A stretch of 64,000 bases of DNA from Promethearchaeati archaeon SRVP18_Atabeyarchaeia-1 (GCA_037308085.1 CP147779.1:448001-512000), one strand, 5' to 3'. Shown: positions 51,209 through 62,113, counted from the stretch's first letter. Notes: generated by a model from the sequence alone, not told the origin. A program made the numbers and translations.

Positions 51209-52390
51209 CTATGTGAGATAGAGTTGCACAACATCCTTGTCCCGTAGAACGTGACCCGCCCCCACAAATTCCATGTCAAACTTGGCCGAGGGACCCATGA
51301 CCTTTGCGTACTTGAATTGTTCTTGGAACACCTTGGGAAGTCTTCTCGCCAGATCAGCGACTGTCGCTTCCTTTTTCAGCACGATGGGCTTCTCCGATGG
51401 TTTTTTCCTCGGCTCCTTAGTGTAGACCCTTATGACATCTAGAACCTTGAATACCTCACTCTTCAGCTCTTCTTTTCCTCGGTCCTTCTCAGCCGAGACA
51501 GCAACCAGAGGAAATCTGTGGTGGTACTTCTCCTCTAATGCTCTGTAATTCTCGGAGGATCCCGCAGAATCACCCTTTGTGCCTATCACAATTGTCTTCC
51601 TATAGGTCATTCTTGCGTCAATTGCCTCAAGGATTTCATTCTTTGTAGTCGGCTGATATAGCTGCACCTTGACGTTGTGCGAATACTTGGACAATATTTC
51701 CTTCAGCTCATCAACATCATCCTTATAAAGTGGGACCCCAAAGATCTGGACGCCGCCACTACCAGTTTTCTCCAAACCAATTCTTGGAGGCTGCTCATTC
51801 AGACGTAACGATGCATTACCAAGTTCTTTCAGTACAGAATCCATCTGCAGAACCGCGTCTCGGGAGAGATCTATGACCACGGCTACGGCATCAGAGTTTC
51901 TGATAGCTCCGATTATCTGTGGACCTAAGCCCTTGCCAGATGCCATATCATCGTATATCGCCGGCAACTCGACTAACTGAATAAGTATATCCTCATAGTC
52001 CATCATCCCCGGCACAGGAATTCTAGTGTTGAAAGAGTGGGGAGACACCTCCGGCTTGGCATGCGTAAGCCAGCGCAAAACCGATGAGCGACCAGTGGTT
52101 GTCAAGCCTACAAGCACAATCTGTCCCGCACCCTCTTTCTTTATGTGAAATGGGCTTGCCGCCGCCGACCCCTTCCTCATCGAGCGGCGCTTCTCAGCCT
52201 CACCCTCAAGCTTTGAGAGCTTTGACCTCAGCTGTCTTAGCAGCCTCTCCGTTCCCTTGTGCCTGGGGACCAAGGAGATGTACTCCTTGAGAGAAGATAT
52301 CTTCTCGCCAGGCGTCTGCGCTTCCATATATCTTCTTCTGGCAGCTAAGCACTGAGGCGACAGATTCGTTGGAATAGGCTTATACCCCAC
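51209..52390 (-). CDS. DRG/OBG-family GTPase with TGS domain; G1/G3 motifs diverged
   Basis: HKGTE, KKEGAGQ, RVYTK, TGS domain; G1 reads GLTTTGRS and G3 reads ELPA. Confidence 0.85.
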   Translation of the reverse strand: MGYKPIPTNLSPQCLAARRRYMEAQTPGEKISSLKEYISLVPRHKGTERLLRQLRSKLSKLEGEAEKRRSMRKGSAAASPFHIKKEGAGQIVLVGLTTTGRSSVLRWLTHAKPEVSPHSFNTRIPVPGMMDYEDILIQLVELPAIYDDMASGKGLGPQIIGAIRNSDAVAVVIDLSRDAVLQMDSVLKELGNASLRLNEQPPRIGLEKTGSGGVQIFGVPLYKDDVDELKEILSKYSHNVKVQLYQPTTKNEILEAIDARMTYRKTIVIGTKGDSAGSSENYRALEEKYHHRFPLVAVSAEKDRGKEELKSEVFKVLDVIRVYTKEPRKKPSEKPIVLKKEATVADLARRLPKVFQEQFKYAKVMGPSAKFDMEFVGAGHVLRDKDVVQLYLT

Positions 52391-52625
52391 GGCCCTTAGT
52401 ACTTGCAGCCTCCCTCCGAATACTGAGAAAGACTTTCACTGGGCGCCCGAGAGCCCGAATTGAGCCCTGTTCTCTCTGCGGCTTCGGCGAGTCTGCAATC
52501 CCAAGACTAAGAGAGCGAGATACACATTAAAAAACCATACTGCCCACCCAGATTAAGACTGCGAAGAAATGGGTGGAGGCATGTCGCAGACAAGGCCAGT
52601 TCTTCTCGACTCGAGTGCCAGCCTT

Positions 52626-53039
52626 TCACCCGCTCAAATGGGCAAAAACGACTGCAATCCACGTGGAGTTCTCCCACGCAATATGTACTCTATAAAAGCC
52701 TGCAGCGTAATTGAAACACACATCCACGTTTACAGGATACTCTCTATAGATCGTGCTTGTTATAGAACTTGAGCTGAAGTAATATGAGACTACATTCATC
52801 GAAGATTTTACGGTCACGGTGCTCGGAACGTAGATGTCTTTCTGAAATGCGTTCTGCCCGCTGTCATTCACCACCTTGTTTACACCATTGTCAATTGAAT
52901 CTATCAAATCCTTAAACTGGGAATAGGCGTACTGGTCATGGACTTGAGTTATCCCTCCTTCGATCAGTGGCATACAAATCATCGAGGCAAGTAAAAGACC
53001 CACAAAAGTCAACATTACCTTCTCCAGACTGAGTTCCAA
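52626..53039 (-). CDS. Hypothetical protein with N-terminal TM (pilin-like organisation)
   Basis: SLE followed by a hydrophobic helix and a beta-rich domain. Confidence 0.6.
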   Translation of the reverse strand: MELSLEKVMLTFVGLLLASMICMPLIEGGITQVHDQYAYSQFKDLIDSIDNGVNKVVNDSGQNAFQKDIYVPSTVTVKSSMNVVSYYFSSSSITSTIYREYPVNVDVCFNYAAGFYRVHIAWENSTWIAVVFAHLSG

Positions 53040-53270
53040 AGTGCCTTAACTCCTAGGTCGCTAGATTCTGAAGTCTCTACACTCGAATCCCAAACGAGGA
53101 TATTTAAACGGCCGCGAAAGATTTCGCGTAGCTCAGGCGAGAACCCGTAGAAGATGACAGGAACTCCAAGTCGCGCCACCGTCGACGCGCGGAGCGGAGC
53201 CTGCAATTCTGCAAAAGGCTTAAAAGTGTGTAGATTCATTTTTCATCTCCACAGCGGAGGAAGAAATCGT

Positions 53271-53465
53271 TTGCCAGAGAAAGACCTGATACCGAATCCG
53301 CGTTCTCGATTCCTTAGAGTGAAGTGCCTGGACTGTGGAAATGAGCAGATAGTATTCGGCTCATGTTCAACTCCCGCCAAGTGCGAGGTATGCAACAGAC
53401 CGATAGTACAGCTGACGGGCGGAAAATCGAAGATTCTGGCGAAAATAATAGAGGTCCTGACCTAA
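53271..53465 (+). CDS. rps27e: Ribosomal protein eS27
   Basis: [24 protein letters not shown]. Confidence 0.95.
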   Translation: MPEKDLIPNPRSRFLRVKCLDCGNEQIVFGSCSTPAKCEVCNRPIVQLTGGKSKILAKIIEVLT

Positions 53466-53519
53466 GTGCTGGGATCCTCACAAGCGCGGAGCGTTCAGAC
53501 CGATGGAGAGTCTTAGACT

Positions 53520-53798
53520 ATGAAGGCCCCAAGCGTTATGCGAGTCAACTGCCCACGGTGTAAGACACACACAGAGCATTCAGTGACCCTCTACAAAAAG
53601 GGGCGCGAAAGGGTCCTGTCCCAAGGGAGAAGAAGATACAACAGGAAACTGAGGGGATACGGTTCACAGCCTAAGCCTGAGCAGAAGAAATTCGCCAAAA
53701 CAACCAAGAAAATGACAATGGTACTTAAATGCAAGAAATGCGGGTATACCCTCATGCGCAAGGGTATCAGGCTCAAGAAACTGGAAATAGGAACTTAG
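53520..53798 (+). CDS. rpl44e: Ribosomal protein eL42 (L44e)
   Basis: CPRCKTHTEH, GYGSQPKP, KTTKK, CKKCG. Confidence 0.95.
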   Translation: MKAPSVMRVNCPRCKTHTEHSVTLYKKGRERVLSQGRRRYNRKLRGYGSQPKPEQKKFAKTTKKMTMVLKCKKCGYTLMRKGIRLKKLEIGT

Positions 53799-53855
53799 GG
53801 CGGCCTCAGAGGTCTGACAGGCGGTCGACCAGTCGACTTGGCTTCGGTTGGTTAC

Positions 53856-54446
53856 TCATCTTTCCGTTGTCTTCTGCGAGGACTTCTCGAGAGTCCACCT
53901 TATCGTCGTCGAAATCTGTTTCTGCCTATTGTCTTCTCTGTAATTCGAAATGGTGATTTGCCTGAGTGTCCCATCACTGTTTTTGGCAATCTGATACGAC
54001 ATTTTCTCTTTGGCGCTTATTTTCCCACTCTTGATTAGTTCGTCGTCTTTCTCAATCATGTTGTTCAATATCTTCTTTATGAAGAAGGAGCTAAACGTTC
54101 CAGAATCCGCTGGGATCTTAACGTTCTCTGCGGGGACTATCGTGATTAAGGAACCACTGGTGGTCATCTCACCGAGTTTCATCCCGTCAGCACGTGACGT
54201 CAGTTCGATTCTTCCTCCTTCGGTCACTTCCTTCGCCGCCTTGATTTCTGGTCCTTGCTCTTCAGCCTTAGCCTTACTCTCCTTCAGCAAGTCAGCGGCT
54301 ACCTTGAAGCTTGTTCGTGTCAACACGCTGTCGATTGCTTGTATGTAACCCCTGTAAAGAGCCACCTTCTCCTCGAGATCCTTCAGTCGCCTTTCCAAGT
54401 AGCTCTTCAAGCCTGCCAAGTGTTCAACATCAATTTCCTTGTTCAA
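53856..54446 (-). CDS. Conserved archaeal hypothetical protein (N-terminal coiled coil)
   Basis: 196-aa ORF; FSSFFIKKIL, NYRED, IRWTLEK. Confidence 0.7.
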   Translation of the reverse strand: MNKEIDVEHLAGLKSYLERRLKDLEEKVALYRGYIQAIDSVLTRTSFKVAADLLKESKAKAEEQGPEIKAAKEVTEGGRIELTSRADGMKLGEMTTSGSLITIVPAENVKIPADSGTFSSFFIKKILNNMIEKDDELIKSGKISAKEKMSYQIAKNSDGTLRQITISNYREDNRQKQISTTIRWTLEKSSQKTTER

Positions 54447-54597
54447 GGGCTCAAGCCTCCAACGAGTAAGCAGTATCAGGATTTAACTTATAAGTATCCC
54501 GAAGCATTTAAGCAGAGTCCGATCTATCTACGATATTGCCCGAATGGTTTTGCGATTCGGTTTTTGAATTCACAGCGTGTATTTCAGATGATGAAAG

Positions 54598-55389
54598 ATG
54601 GTAAGAAAAAGAGAGGAATGGCCGGAGATTGGTGAATGCGTGATTGCCACGGTCCGGGAAATAGCACCCCATGGTGTATATGCGCTACTCGACGAATACG
54701 GTGACAAAGAAGGCTACATACACATAGGCGAGCTCTCGACTACATGGGTCAAGAACATTAGAGACTTCGCAAGAGAGAATCAGAAGATAGTCGCGAGGGT
54801 TCAGAGAGTTGATCAATCAAAGGGACACATTGACCTCTCACTGAAAAGGGCAACCGAGCAGGCACGACGCCAGAAGATCTACGAATGGAAGAGGGGGCAG
54901 AAGGCTCAGAACCTGCTGCAGATGGCGGCCGAGAAGCTTGGGAAAACGATGGACCAGGCTTACGAGGAGGCAGGCTGGAAGATGGAGGATGCGTTCAATG
55001 AGATCTACCTAGGATTCGAGCAGGCGGTTGAGAGAGGCGAAGATGTACTGACAAAGGCGGGGGTGCCAGAGGATTGGGCCAAGGCCATAAAGCAGTGCGC
55101 AGATGCTTACATACAATTGCACAAAGTCAAGGTGGAACGCCTCTTAGAATTGAGGTGCTACAAATCGGATGGAATAGAGGCTATAAGGCAGTCCTTGTTG
55201 AAGGCAATTAAGGAAACCAGCTCGAGTGATTTCGAAGTCAATGTTGCTCTCATAGGAACTCCGCGGTACAGAATAACAGTGACAGCTAAGGACTACAAGA
55301 TTGCTGAGAAGGAGATTGACAAGACCGTCGCAGTGGCACTTGACGAGCTAAGAGCCAACGGTGGAGAAGGAGCAGTCGTGAAAAGCTAG
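54598..55389 (+). CDS. eif2a: Translation initiation factor 2 alpha
   Basis: WPEIGE, S1 domain, KGHIDLSLKR, PRYRI. Confidence 0.95.
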   Translation: MVRKREEWPEIGECVIATVREIAPHGVYALLDEYGDKEGYIHIGELSTTWVKNIRDFARENQKIVARVQRVDQSKGHIDLSLKRATEQARRQKIYEWKRGQKAQNLLQMAAEKLGKTMDQAYEEAGWKMEDAFNEIYLGFEQAVERGEDVLTKAGVPEDWAKAIKQCADAYIQLHKVKVERLLELRCYKSDGIEAIRQSLLKAIKETSSSDFEVNVALIGTPRYRITVTAKDYKIAEKEIDKTVAVALDELRANGGEGAVVKS

Positions 55390-55415
55390 GCCCCCGTGTG
55401 GAGATGCGGCTTCGC

Positions 55416-55628
55416 ATGCCAAAACTACTAAGAAAGTGTGCCCAATGTGGGAGATACACTCTTAAGAAAGATGCCTGCCCCTATTGCGGCGGCAAGCTGA
55501 CAATGCCCTATCCACCCAAATTCTCGCCTGTGGACAAGTACGGAGAATACCGCAGAAAATACAAAATGGAAGAAGCAACAGAGTCATCTAAGAAAGAACA
55601 CGCTGAATCGCTAGAGCAACAAACTTGA
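55416..55628 (+). CDS. nop10: H/ACA RNP protein Nop10
   Basis: RKC..CGRYTLK..CPYCG, PPKFSP.DKYGEYR. Confidence 0.93.
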   Translation: MPKLLRKCAQCGRYTLKKDACPYCGGKLTMPYPPKFSPVDKYGEYRRKYKMEEATESSKKEHAESLEQQT

Positions 55629-55710
55629 GTATTGACAGTGATGTAGATCATTCTGGTCGCACAAAATAAATAAAGGATCAAGCAAAGCTAGAGGCCGAAC
55701 CCGATCAGCC

Positions 55711-56127
55711 CTACTTCTTTTCGCTTGACTCCTTGACAAGCTTTGCGTAGGCCTTAGAGTTGAGTAGTTTGGCTTTGTCTGCACCTACATCGGAGGACTT
55801 GATCTTTATGATCCACCCTTCTCCATAGGGATCCTCGTTGACCTTTTCTGGGGAATTCTCTAGCTCGCTGTTGATCTCTTCCACCACTCCAGACATTGGC
55901 GCGTAGAGTTCAGATACCGCCTTGACCGATTCTATAGAACCAAACTCTGATCCCTGAGTCACTTGAGTTCCTTGCTTCGGTAGTTCAACGTACACTATGT
56001 CCCTCAAAGACTTCTGCGCGTAGTCTGTGATCCCCACTGTTACGAGATCCTCTTCGATCTTGGCATATTCATGATCCTTGGTATACATCAACTCATCCGG
56101 AATATTGTAATCGCCAACCTTGACCAA
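55711..56127 (-). CDS. gcvH: Glycine cleavage H protein
   Basis: GITDYAQ, ESVKAVSE, PYGEGW. Confidence 0.95.
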   Translation of the reverse strand: MVKVGDYNIPDELMYTKDHEYAKIEEDLVTVGITDYAQKSLRDIVYVELPKQGTQVTQGSEFGSIESVKAVSELYAPMSGVVEEINSELENSPEKVNEDPYGEGWIIKIKSSDVGADKAKLLNSKAYAKLVKESSEKK

Positions 56128-56319
56128 GAGAAATACACTCCATAATTTCTAGATCGGAAAATATTGTGCTGAAATTTCACGTGTGCCAATAAACGCGGAG
56201 TGGGTATATAAGTCTAGCCATTTCATGCATCTAAGCCGAGAGTAGTTGACTCACGTTCAGTAGCCAGCTCTTCTCGAACGGATTCCCATGCTCGGGATTT
56301 CAGTCCTTCTAGGCTCATT

Positions 56320-57657
56320 TCATGAGAACCCGCCAGAATCCGCCGTGCAACCTTCTCGAAGCTTGCTCTTAATGAGCCCCGCTATCTCCTCTATCTTCAT
56401 CTCCCACTCCTCTCTCTTCTCCATTGATCTCAGCTTGAGGACGCCCCTGCCTAATTCAGCTGGACCCACTATGACTACATATGGTATTCCAAGGGAGTCA
56501 GCATATTTCAACTGCCTCGCGATCTTCCTCTCCCCAATAAGGTCTGTCCTTACATGCAATCCTGACCTTCTGAGCTCCTGGGCTATTTTCAGAGCCTGTA
56601 GACTGGTCTTGTCGTCTACTGCGGAGACAAGGACCATTGTCTTGGTTCTTGGAAGTGAAACCATCTTGAGTTCTTTCATCACATCGATGATTCTCTCAAG
56701 CCCGAAAGATATCCCCGTAGCCTCGACACTGACCCCGCCCAGGCTTCCAATCAGATCGTCGTATCTTCCTCCCCCCGATAAACTACCGATCTTGGGCTCC
56801 GTCACGACTATTTCGTAGATCGGGCCGGTATAGTAGTCCAATCCCCTCGACAGACCAAGATCAACGGCGTAGGTCTTCTCGTCAACGCCCAGGTCAGCCA
56901 AGATGCCTATGAGTTCCCTTAGTTCCTCTACCCCCTCTGCTCCTGATGCATAGCCTCTCACGTTCTCTGCCACAGAGTCTAACACCTGAGATGGGTTGCC
57001 CTCGATCCTTACTAGTTCAAGGATTTTCTGGATCGAGTCGCTCGGGAATCCGCTTTCCTTCATGTTCCGCGCGAAACCTTCCACGCCTATTTTGTCAGCT
57101 TTGTCCAAATTCCGCAAGACTTCGATTCTTCTGTTTTCATTGATACCCGCGAAGTCGCACATGGCGTCGAGTATCTTCCTGTTGTTTATCCTGATCCTAA
57201 AGTCTTTGAACCCTAATGTGCTGAAGACATCGACTGCCAGCATGATGAGCTCGGCATCAGCCAACATGCTCTTTGAGCCAACGATATCGACGTCACATTG
57301 CCAAAACTCCCTATACCTTCCCTTCTGAGGGTTGTCATACCTCCAGACCCTTGAGATCTGGTACCTCTTGAAGGGTTTAGGCAGATGGGGATTCGATGCC
57401 ATAACCCTGGAAAGAGGTACAGTCAAATCATATCTTAACGCCAGATCCCTTCCACCCCGGTCCTTGAATTCATAGATCAGCCTCTCCTCTTCGCCATATT
57501 TGCCCTTTAGCACCTCACCAAACTCAATCACGGGGGTCTCCATCGGGTCATACCCATATTCCTCAAAAACCCTTCTTATTGCCCCTATCACGTACTCCCT
57601 CACAATCATTTCTTCTGGCAAGAAGTCCCTCGTCCCTATAGGAGTCCTCAGCGCCAT
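56320..57657 (-). CDS. hisS: Histidyl-tRNA synthetase
   Basis: GTRD, LRYDLT, GRYREF.QCD, RGLDYYTG, GGGRYD. Confidence 0.96.
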   Translation of the reverse strand: MALRTPIGTRDFLPEEMIVREYVIGAIRRVFEEYGYDPMETPVIEFGEVLKGKYGEEERLIYEFKDRGGRDLALRYDLTVPLSRVMASNPHLPKPFKRYQISRVWRYDNPQKGRYREFWQCDVDIVGSKSMLADAELIMLAVDVFSTLGFKDFRIRINNRKILDAMCDFAGINENRRIEVLRNLDKADKIGVEGFARNMKESGFPSDSIQKILELVRIEGNPSQVLDSVAENVRGYASGAEGVEELRELIGILADLGVDEKTYAVDLGLSRGLDYYTGPIYEIVVTEPKIGSLSGGGRYDDLIGSLGGVSVEATGISFGLERIIDVMKELKMVSLPRTKTMVLVSAVDDKTSLQALKIAQELRRSGLHVRTDLIGERKIARQLKYADSLGIPYVVIVGPAELGRGVLKLRSMEKREEWEMKIEEIAGLIKSKLREGCTADSGGFS

Positions 57658-57916
57658 TTTCTTCTTCCTTTCTCCAGCATTGTTGTCTTTCAAGGAAAAA
57701 ACCCCACTTATCGCCACTTCGATCACGCGGCGAAGTGTCAGGAAAACCAGGGATCTGAGAAGCAGAGGCTCTCATTAATTTGAAACGAACGGTTTCTAAC
57801 ACAACTAAGATAAGTGTTTCCTCCCTTCTAAAACCTATGGGGAAAGTTGCTTCAAAGCCCTATCTGACTGTCCACCGACAGTCGCTAAGGCTAATGCCCC
57901 GTGAGGTAAAACACCA

Positions 57917-59614
57917 ATGACGAAGAAATTTGTTGTGGACACGTCTGCCGTTATTAGCGGAATGCTCTCAAGCATGATCAGCAGCGGAGGATTGGACAAG
58001 GATTCTAATGAACCACCTGAAATCCTTGTCCCGAAAACCGTCCTCGCAGATATTGAGCATCAATCAAACATGGGAAGAGCCTCTGGCCCAGTGGGTCTCG
58101 GTGAATTAAAGAAGCTACGAGAACTATCAGACCAAGGGCGGATTAGCCTGCAATTAGTGGGAGAAAGACCAACCCTTGAACAAATCAGGGCGAGCGGAGG
58201 TGGAGAGTTGGATGAAGCCGTTCGAAACCAAGCTCGACTCAGCAATGCAACGCTTATTACAAGTGACACAGTTCAAGCCTCGATGGCTCAAGTGGAAGGG
58301 ATGCCAACCCGCTACATGGAGCCTACATGTGCCGCAAGGCTCGCAATCGAGAATTACTTTTCCTCCGACACCATGTCAGTCCACCTAAAGGAGAACGCTG
58401 CACCTCTCGCAAAAAGGGGGAGACCAGGCAACTGGAAACTGGTCAAGGTCTCTGAAGAGGTGATGACGAAAGACAAGCTCGAAGCAATAGCCCTCGAGAC
58501 CATCGACAGAGCCAGGTCAGCCCCTAACTGCTTCGTGGAAATAGATGAACCCGGCGCAACGGTAATCCAGGCAGGTGAATACCGGATTGCCATAGCGAGA
58601 CCGCCATTCTCAGATGGGCTTGAGATCACCGCTGTCCACCCTCTGCTCAAAGTCAGCTTCGACGATTATGCACTCCCAGAGCAGCTCAAACAAAGGCTGG
58701 AAAAGCGGGCTGAGGGTGTTTTGGTGGCAGGACCACCAGGCGCCGGAAAAACCACCTTCGCAAGCGCGCTCGCAGAGTTCTACTGGAAAAAGGGGAAGAT
58801 AGTCAAGACGATCGAGAAACCAAGAGATCTGCAAGTACCAGACGAGGTTACGCAGTACACCGCACTAGACGGCAAAATAGAGAAGACCGCAAACCTCCTC
58901 CTTCTAGTCAGACCCGACTACTGCATCTATGACGAGCTGAGAAACGAAGAGGACTTCAAGATCTATGTGGATCTAAGACTCGCAGGAGTAGGAATGGTTG
59001 GCGTCGTCCACTCATCCAGTGCTATAGACGCGATACAAAGGATCCTCAATAGAGTAAGCCTGGGTCAGCTCTGCCAAGTAGTCGACACGGCCATATTCAT
59101 AAAAGACGGCGGAATCAACAAAGTCTACAGCACACAAATCAAGGTACGCGTCCCTTCAGGCATGAGGGAGGCCGACCTAGCAAGGCCAGTAGTTGAAATA
59201 AAGGATTTCCTTACAAATTCAATAGAGTACGAGATCTACACCTTCAGCGACCAAGTAATAGTCGTACCAATCAAGCCAAAGGAGCCAAATAGACCCCCCG
59301 AAAGGAGACCCGTACAGAAAGCCTTCGACCGCAGAAGAGTCGCTGACCACAGATTCGGCCGAGACGAAATGATAGCAGGCGTAGCAGAAGGTTACAGGAT
59401 CCCCACCCAAGTCCGGTTCTCCAACAACCGGATCACTATTACTGTTGAGCCAGTCTTCTCCAACAAGAACCTGAAGATCTATGCAGACGACAGGCTCCTC
59501 TTCTCAAGTGAGACCGATAGTCAAGGATCCATAAGCATCAGAAAAGACGTACCTACTGGCGAGAAGCTTCTAAAAGCGCTAAGGGAGAACGCCAACATAT
59601 ACGCCATGCTTTGA
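57917..59614 (+). CDS. PIN-domain VirB11-like ATPase (PINA family)
   Basis: VVDTS PIN domain, GPPGAGKT, VRPDY, DLARPV. Confidence 0.9.
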   Translation: MTKKFVVDTSAVISGMLSSMISSGGLDKDSNEPPEILVPKTVLADIEHQSNMGRASGPVGLGELKKLRELSDQGRISLQLVGERPTLEQIRASGGGELDEAVRNQARLSNATLITSDTVQASMAQVEGMPTRYMEPTCAARLAIENYFSSDTMSVHLKENAAPLAKRGRPGNWKLVKVSEEVMTKDKLEAIALETIDRARSAPNCFVEIDEPGATVIQAGEYRIAIARPPFSDGLEITAVHPLLKVSFDDYALPEQLKQRLEKRAEGVLVAGPPGAGKTTFASALAEFYWKKGKIVKTIEKPRDLQVPDEVTQYTALDGKIEKTANLLLLVRPDYCIYDELRNEEDFKIYVDLRLAGVGMVGVVHSSSAIDAIQRILNRVSLGQLCQVVDTAIFIKDGGINKVYSTQIKVRVPSGMREADLARPVVEIKDFLTNSIEYEIYTFSDQVIVVPIKPKEPNRPPERRPVQKAFDRRRVADHRFGRDEMIAGVAEGYRIPTQVRFSNNRITITVEPVFSNKNLKIYADDRLLFSSETDSQGSISIRKDVPTGEKLLKALRENANIYAML

Positions 59615-59699
59615 AAAAGGAACCTCAGCCATGGACGATAAAGTTAAAATCCATTGACCGACCCTTCTGGCATCAGCAACTGCACACACCAGCACCGCA

Positions 59700-59804
59700 G
59701 GGCCCGTGGCCTAGTCAGGATAGGGCGCCAGCCTCCTAACTCATTTCTCCCCGCAAACCGGAGAGAGCTGGTGGTCGAGGGTTCAATTCCCTCCGGGCCC
59801 GCCA
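59700..59804 (+). tRNA. tRNA-Arg(CCT) with canonical 37/38 intron
   Basis: GGGCCCG acceptor, CCAGC-CTCCTA|A-GCTGG, CCA encoded. Confidence 0.92.
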
Positions 59805-59846
59805 CAACCACATATCAAGCCCTCACATGCGCTTTTCTTATGTAAC

Positions 59847-60371
59847 ATGTCTCCTTCTCACTCCGCCACCCCGAATATCTCACACCGCAAAGGATTCTAC
59901 AAGATCCACATGGACAAACGCCAGAAAGAAATCTACGGCAGAAAACTAAAAGGAACAAACTACATGTTGCACTTGGGTCCAGAGCTGTTCAACAAAATGA
60001 TGAGGAACCACACGAATAGCATGCAAAGGAAACGATGGGTCCCTTGTGAAAGAGAAGAGAGGATACGGAGAGCGAAAGAAGCTTGCACACTCGAGGAAGC
60101 TCGAAAAAGGACCAGATTACAGTACGAATGGAGGACGCTGACAAAGGAAGGGTTAGAAGAAGAGGTTCGGCAAATGCCGCTAAAGGAGATCGCAGGCAAA
60201 TACAACGTGTCACAAACCCCCACCGTGGCGAGGAAATGCAGGAAACTCGGAATTCCGATACCAGAACGCGGTTACTGGACGAAGGTCTACTGGTCAAGAG
60301 TCAAATCGTTGGAAAGGAATAAGATAGAAAAAGGCGTCCAGCGAGAAAGTGAAACGAACTATCGTAATTGA
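59847..60371 (+). pseudogene. 5'-truncated paralog of the LAGLIDADG gene at 16860-17753
   Basis: IYGRKLKG..Y...GPELFNKMM...RKRW.PC...EACT...RGYW aligns with its C-terminal half; no LAGLIDADG motifs. Confidence 0.8.
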
Positions 60372-60404
60372 TAACGAGCGATGAAATAGATTACAGAAAA
60401 GGAG

Positions 60405-60574
60405 CGCCCTGGGCGGGACTACCGGGGATCATCGCGTGTTGTTCTTGGTTTTTGGGTGATTCCACTCGAACCCGCGTCCTAGGTTTTGTCCCTCTGCGTT
60501 GGGTGTGACAGACCTAGATGTTAACCGCCTCGTGGCCGTCTCACGGTGTGTGAGGAGGCTTGCACCACCAGGGC
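60405..60574 (-). tRNA. tRNA-Asp(GTC) with three introns (14/15, 38/39, 59/60)
   Basis: GCCCTGG/CCAGGGC acceptor with G73; spliced loop CT-GTC-AC. Confidence 0.85.
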
Positions 60575-60898
60575 ACCCTGCTTGCTGCTAGTACTACGTT
60601 TGTATGTCTTTTATTCTTTTTGAGGGTTGTTGCTCCTTGTCGGGGTGACATGCTTACCGGAACGAGTATTCTTGGAACGGAGGTCATCAAGCAGTCAGCG
60701 AACTTCGAGTCCAGGCTTCAGACTGGCTCAGGCAAGATCATGCATCTTCAAGAGTCGGTAGGAAAAGGGTTTGGCAAACAGGAACGGCTCTTTCTGGAAA
60801 AGCGTGACGGTCACGTATCGACAAATGGAAGACATAGAACACGCCAAAATATATTTCTTGGATGCGCTCCTATTGTCTATGAGTTGGAGCGGACGCAG

Positions 60899-62113
60899 AT
60901 GGATGTTAACGATGTTGAAACTATAACTGTACTCGGCGCAGGTCACATGGGCCTGGCAATTGCGCAGGTCATCGCAATGTCAGGGTACCAAGTCAATCTA
61001 AGAGACTTGAACAAGGAAATACTTGACAGAAACATAGGTAGGATAAGATATATCCTTACAAGGTACGCCGAGAAAGGGGAGTACCCAAAGAACAACATCG
61101 AACCCACTATGAAGAGAATAAAGCCCTTCACAGATTTGAAAGAGTCGACCAGAAACTCCCAGTACGTTATTGAGACCGTTCCAGAGCAACTCGAACTCAA
61201 ACAGAAAGTCTTCAAAGATGTAGAGAAACTCGTCCCAGAGGACGTGATAATCTCAACCAACACGAGCGCCCTTCCCATAACAGAGATTCAGAGAGGAGCA
61301 AAGAAACCAAACAGAATCGTGGGAACACACTTTTTCAACCCACCTCAAAGAATCAAGCTAATTGAGATAGTATACGGCGCAAAGACAAGCGACGAAACTG
61401 TGAACTTCACACTGAAGCTCATGAAGAAAATAGATAGGGATCCAGTCGTGTGCAGGAAGGACATTCCAGGGTTCTTAGCTAACAGAACAGTAACTACAAT
61501 GCTGAATTTCTCGTCGTGGCTCGTAGATGCAGGCGAGTTCACATGCTCAGAGATAGACTCCGCCTTCCACTACAGGCTCGGACAGCCAATGGGCACATTC
61601 GGCCTAAACGACTTCTTAGGATTAAGGACGACCTACTCAGTGCAGAAATTCATAGAGCAGAGAGAGCCGGAGTGCAAAGTTCCACCAATGTGGGAGGAAT
61701 TGGTGAAATCCGGGCACAACGGCGTCGACACTGGAAAAGGGTTCTACGAGTACCCCGACAAAGTCTGGAGAAAGCCCGAATCGTGGAGCGAGAAGATAGC
61801 AGACAGATACAACCCCAATTGGTCAATGCTCGTCGGAATAAACAGAATGGCACAAATCATAAACGACGGAGCGGCAACAACGGAAGAAGTTGACAAGGCA
61901 GTGAAAATCGGCTACCTAATGCCAGTCGGCTTACTGGAACTCGCTGATCAAATGGGCATAGACAACGTAGTAAAAGAGCTCGAAGCCTTGAAGAAGAGAT
62001 TCGGAAGAATCGAAAGCATGAACTACATGCTAGAGCCGAATCCCCTCCTCAGAGAAAAAGTGAGGAAAGGAGAGTTAGGGTACAAAACAAAGAAGGGATT
62101 CTACAAACACTAA
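60899..62113 (+). CDS. 3-hydroxyacyl-CoA dehydrogenase
   Basis: GAGHMG, ETVPE, NTSAL, GTHFFNP, PGFLANR, duplicated C-domain. Confidence 0.92.
   Translation: MDVNDVETITVLGAGHMGLAIAQVIAMSGYQVNLRDLNKEILDRNIGRIRYILTRYAEKGEYPKNNIEPTMKRIKPFTDLKESTRNSQYVIETVPEQLELKQKVFKDVEKLVPEDVIISTNTSALPITEIQRGAKKPNRIVGTHFFNPPQRIKLIEIVYGAKTSDETVNFTLKLMKKIDRDPVVCRKDIPGFLANRTVTTMLNFSSWLVDAGEFTCSEIDSAFHYRLGQPMGTFGLNDFLGLRTTYSVQKFIEQREPECKVPPMWEELVKSGHNGVDTGKGFYEYPDKVWRKPESWSEKIADRYNPNWSMLVGINRMAQIINDGAATTEEVDKAVKIGYLMPVGLLELADQMGIDNVVKELEALKKRFGRIESMNYMLEPNPLLREKVRKGELGYKTKKGFYKH

Noticed and set aside
11395-61893. Long antisense or overlapping ORFs (e.g. 11395-12129, 27642-28382, 28419-28997, 31718-32260, 38453-39016, 56288-56818)
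   Set aside because: Shadows of well-supported genes on the other strand
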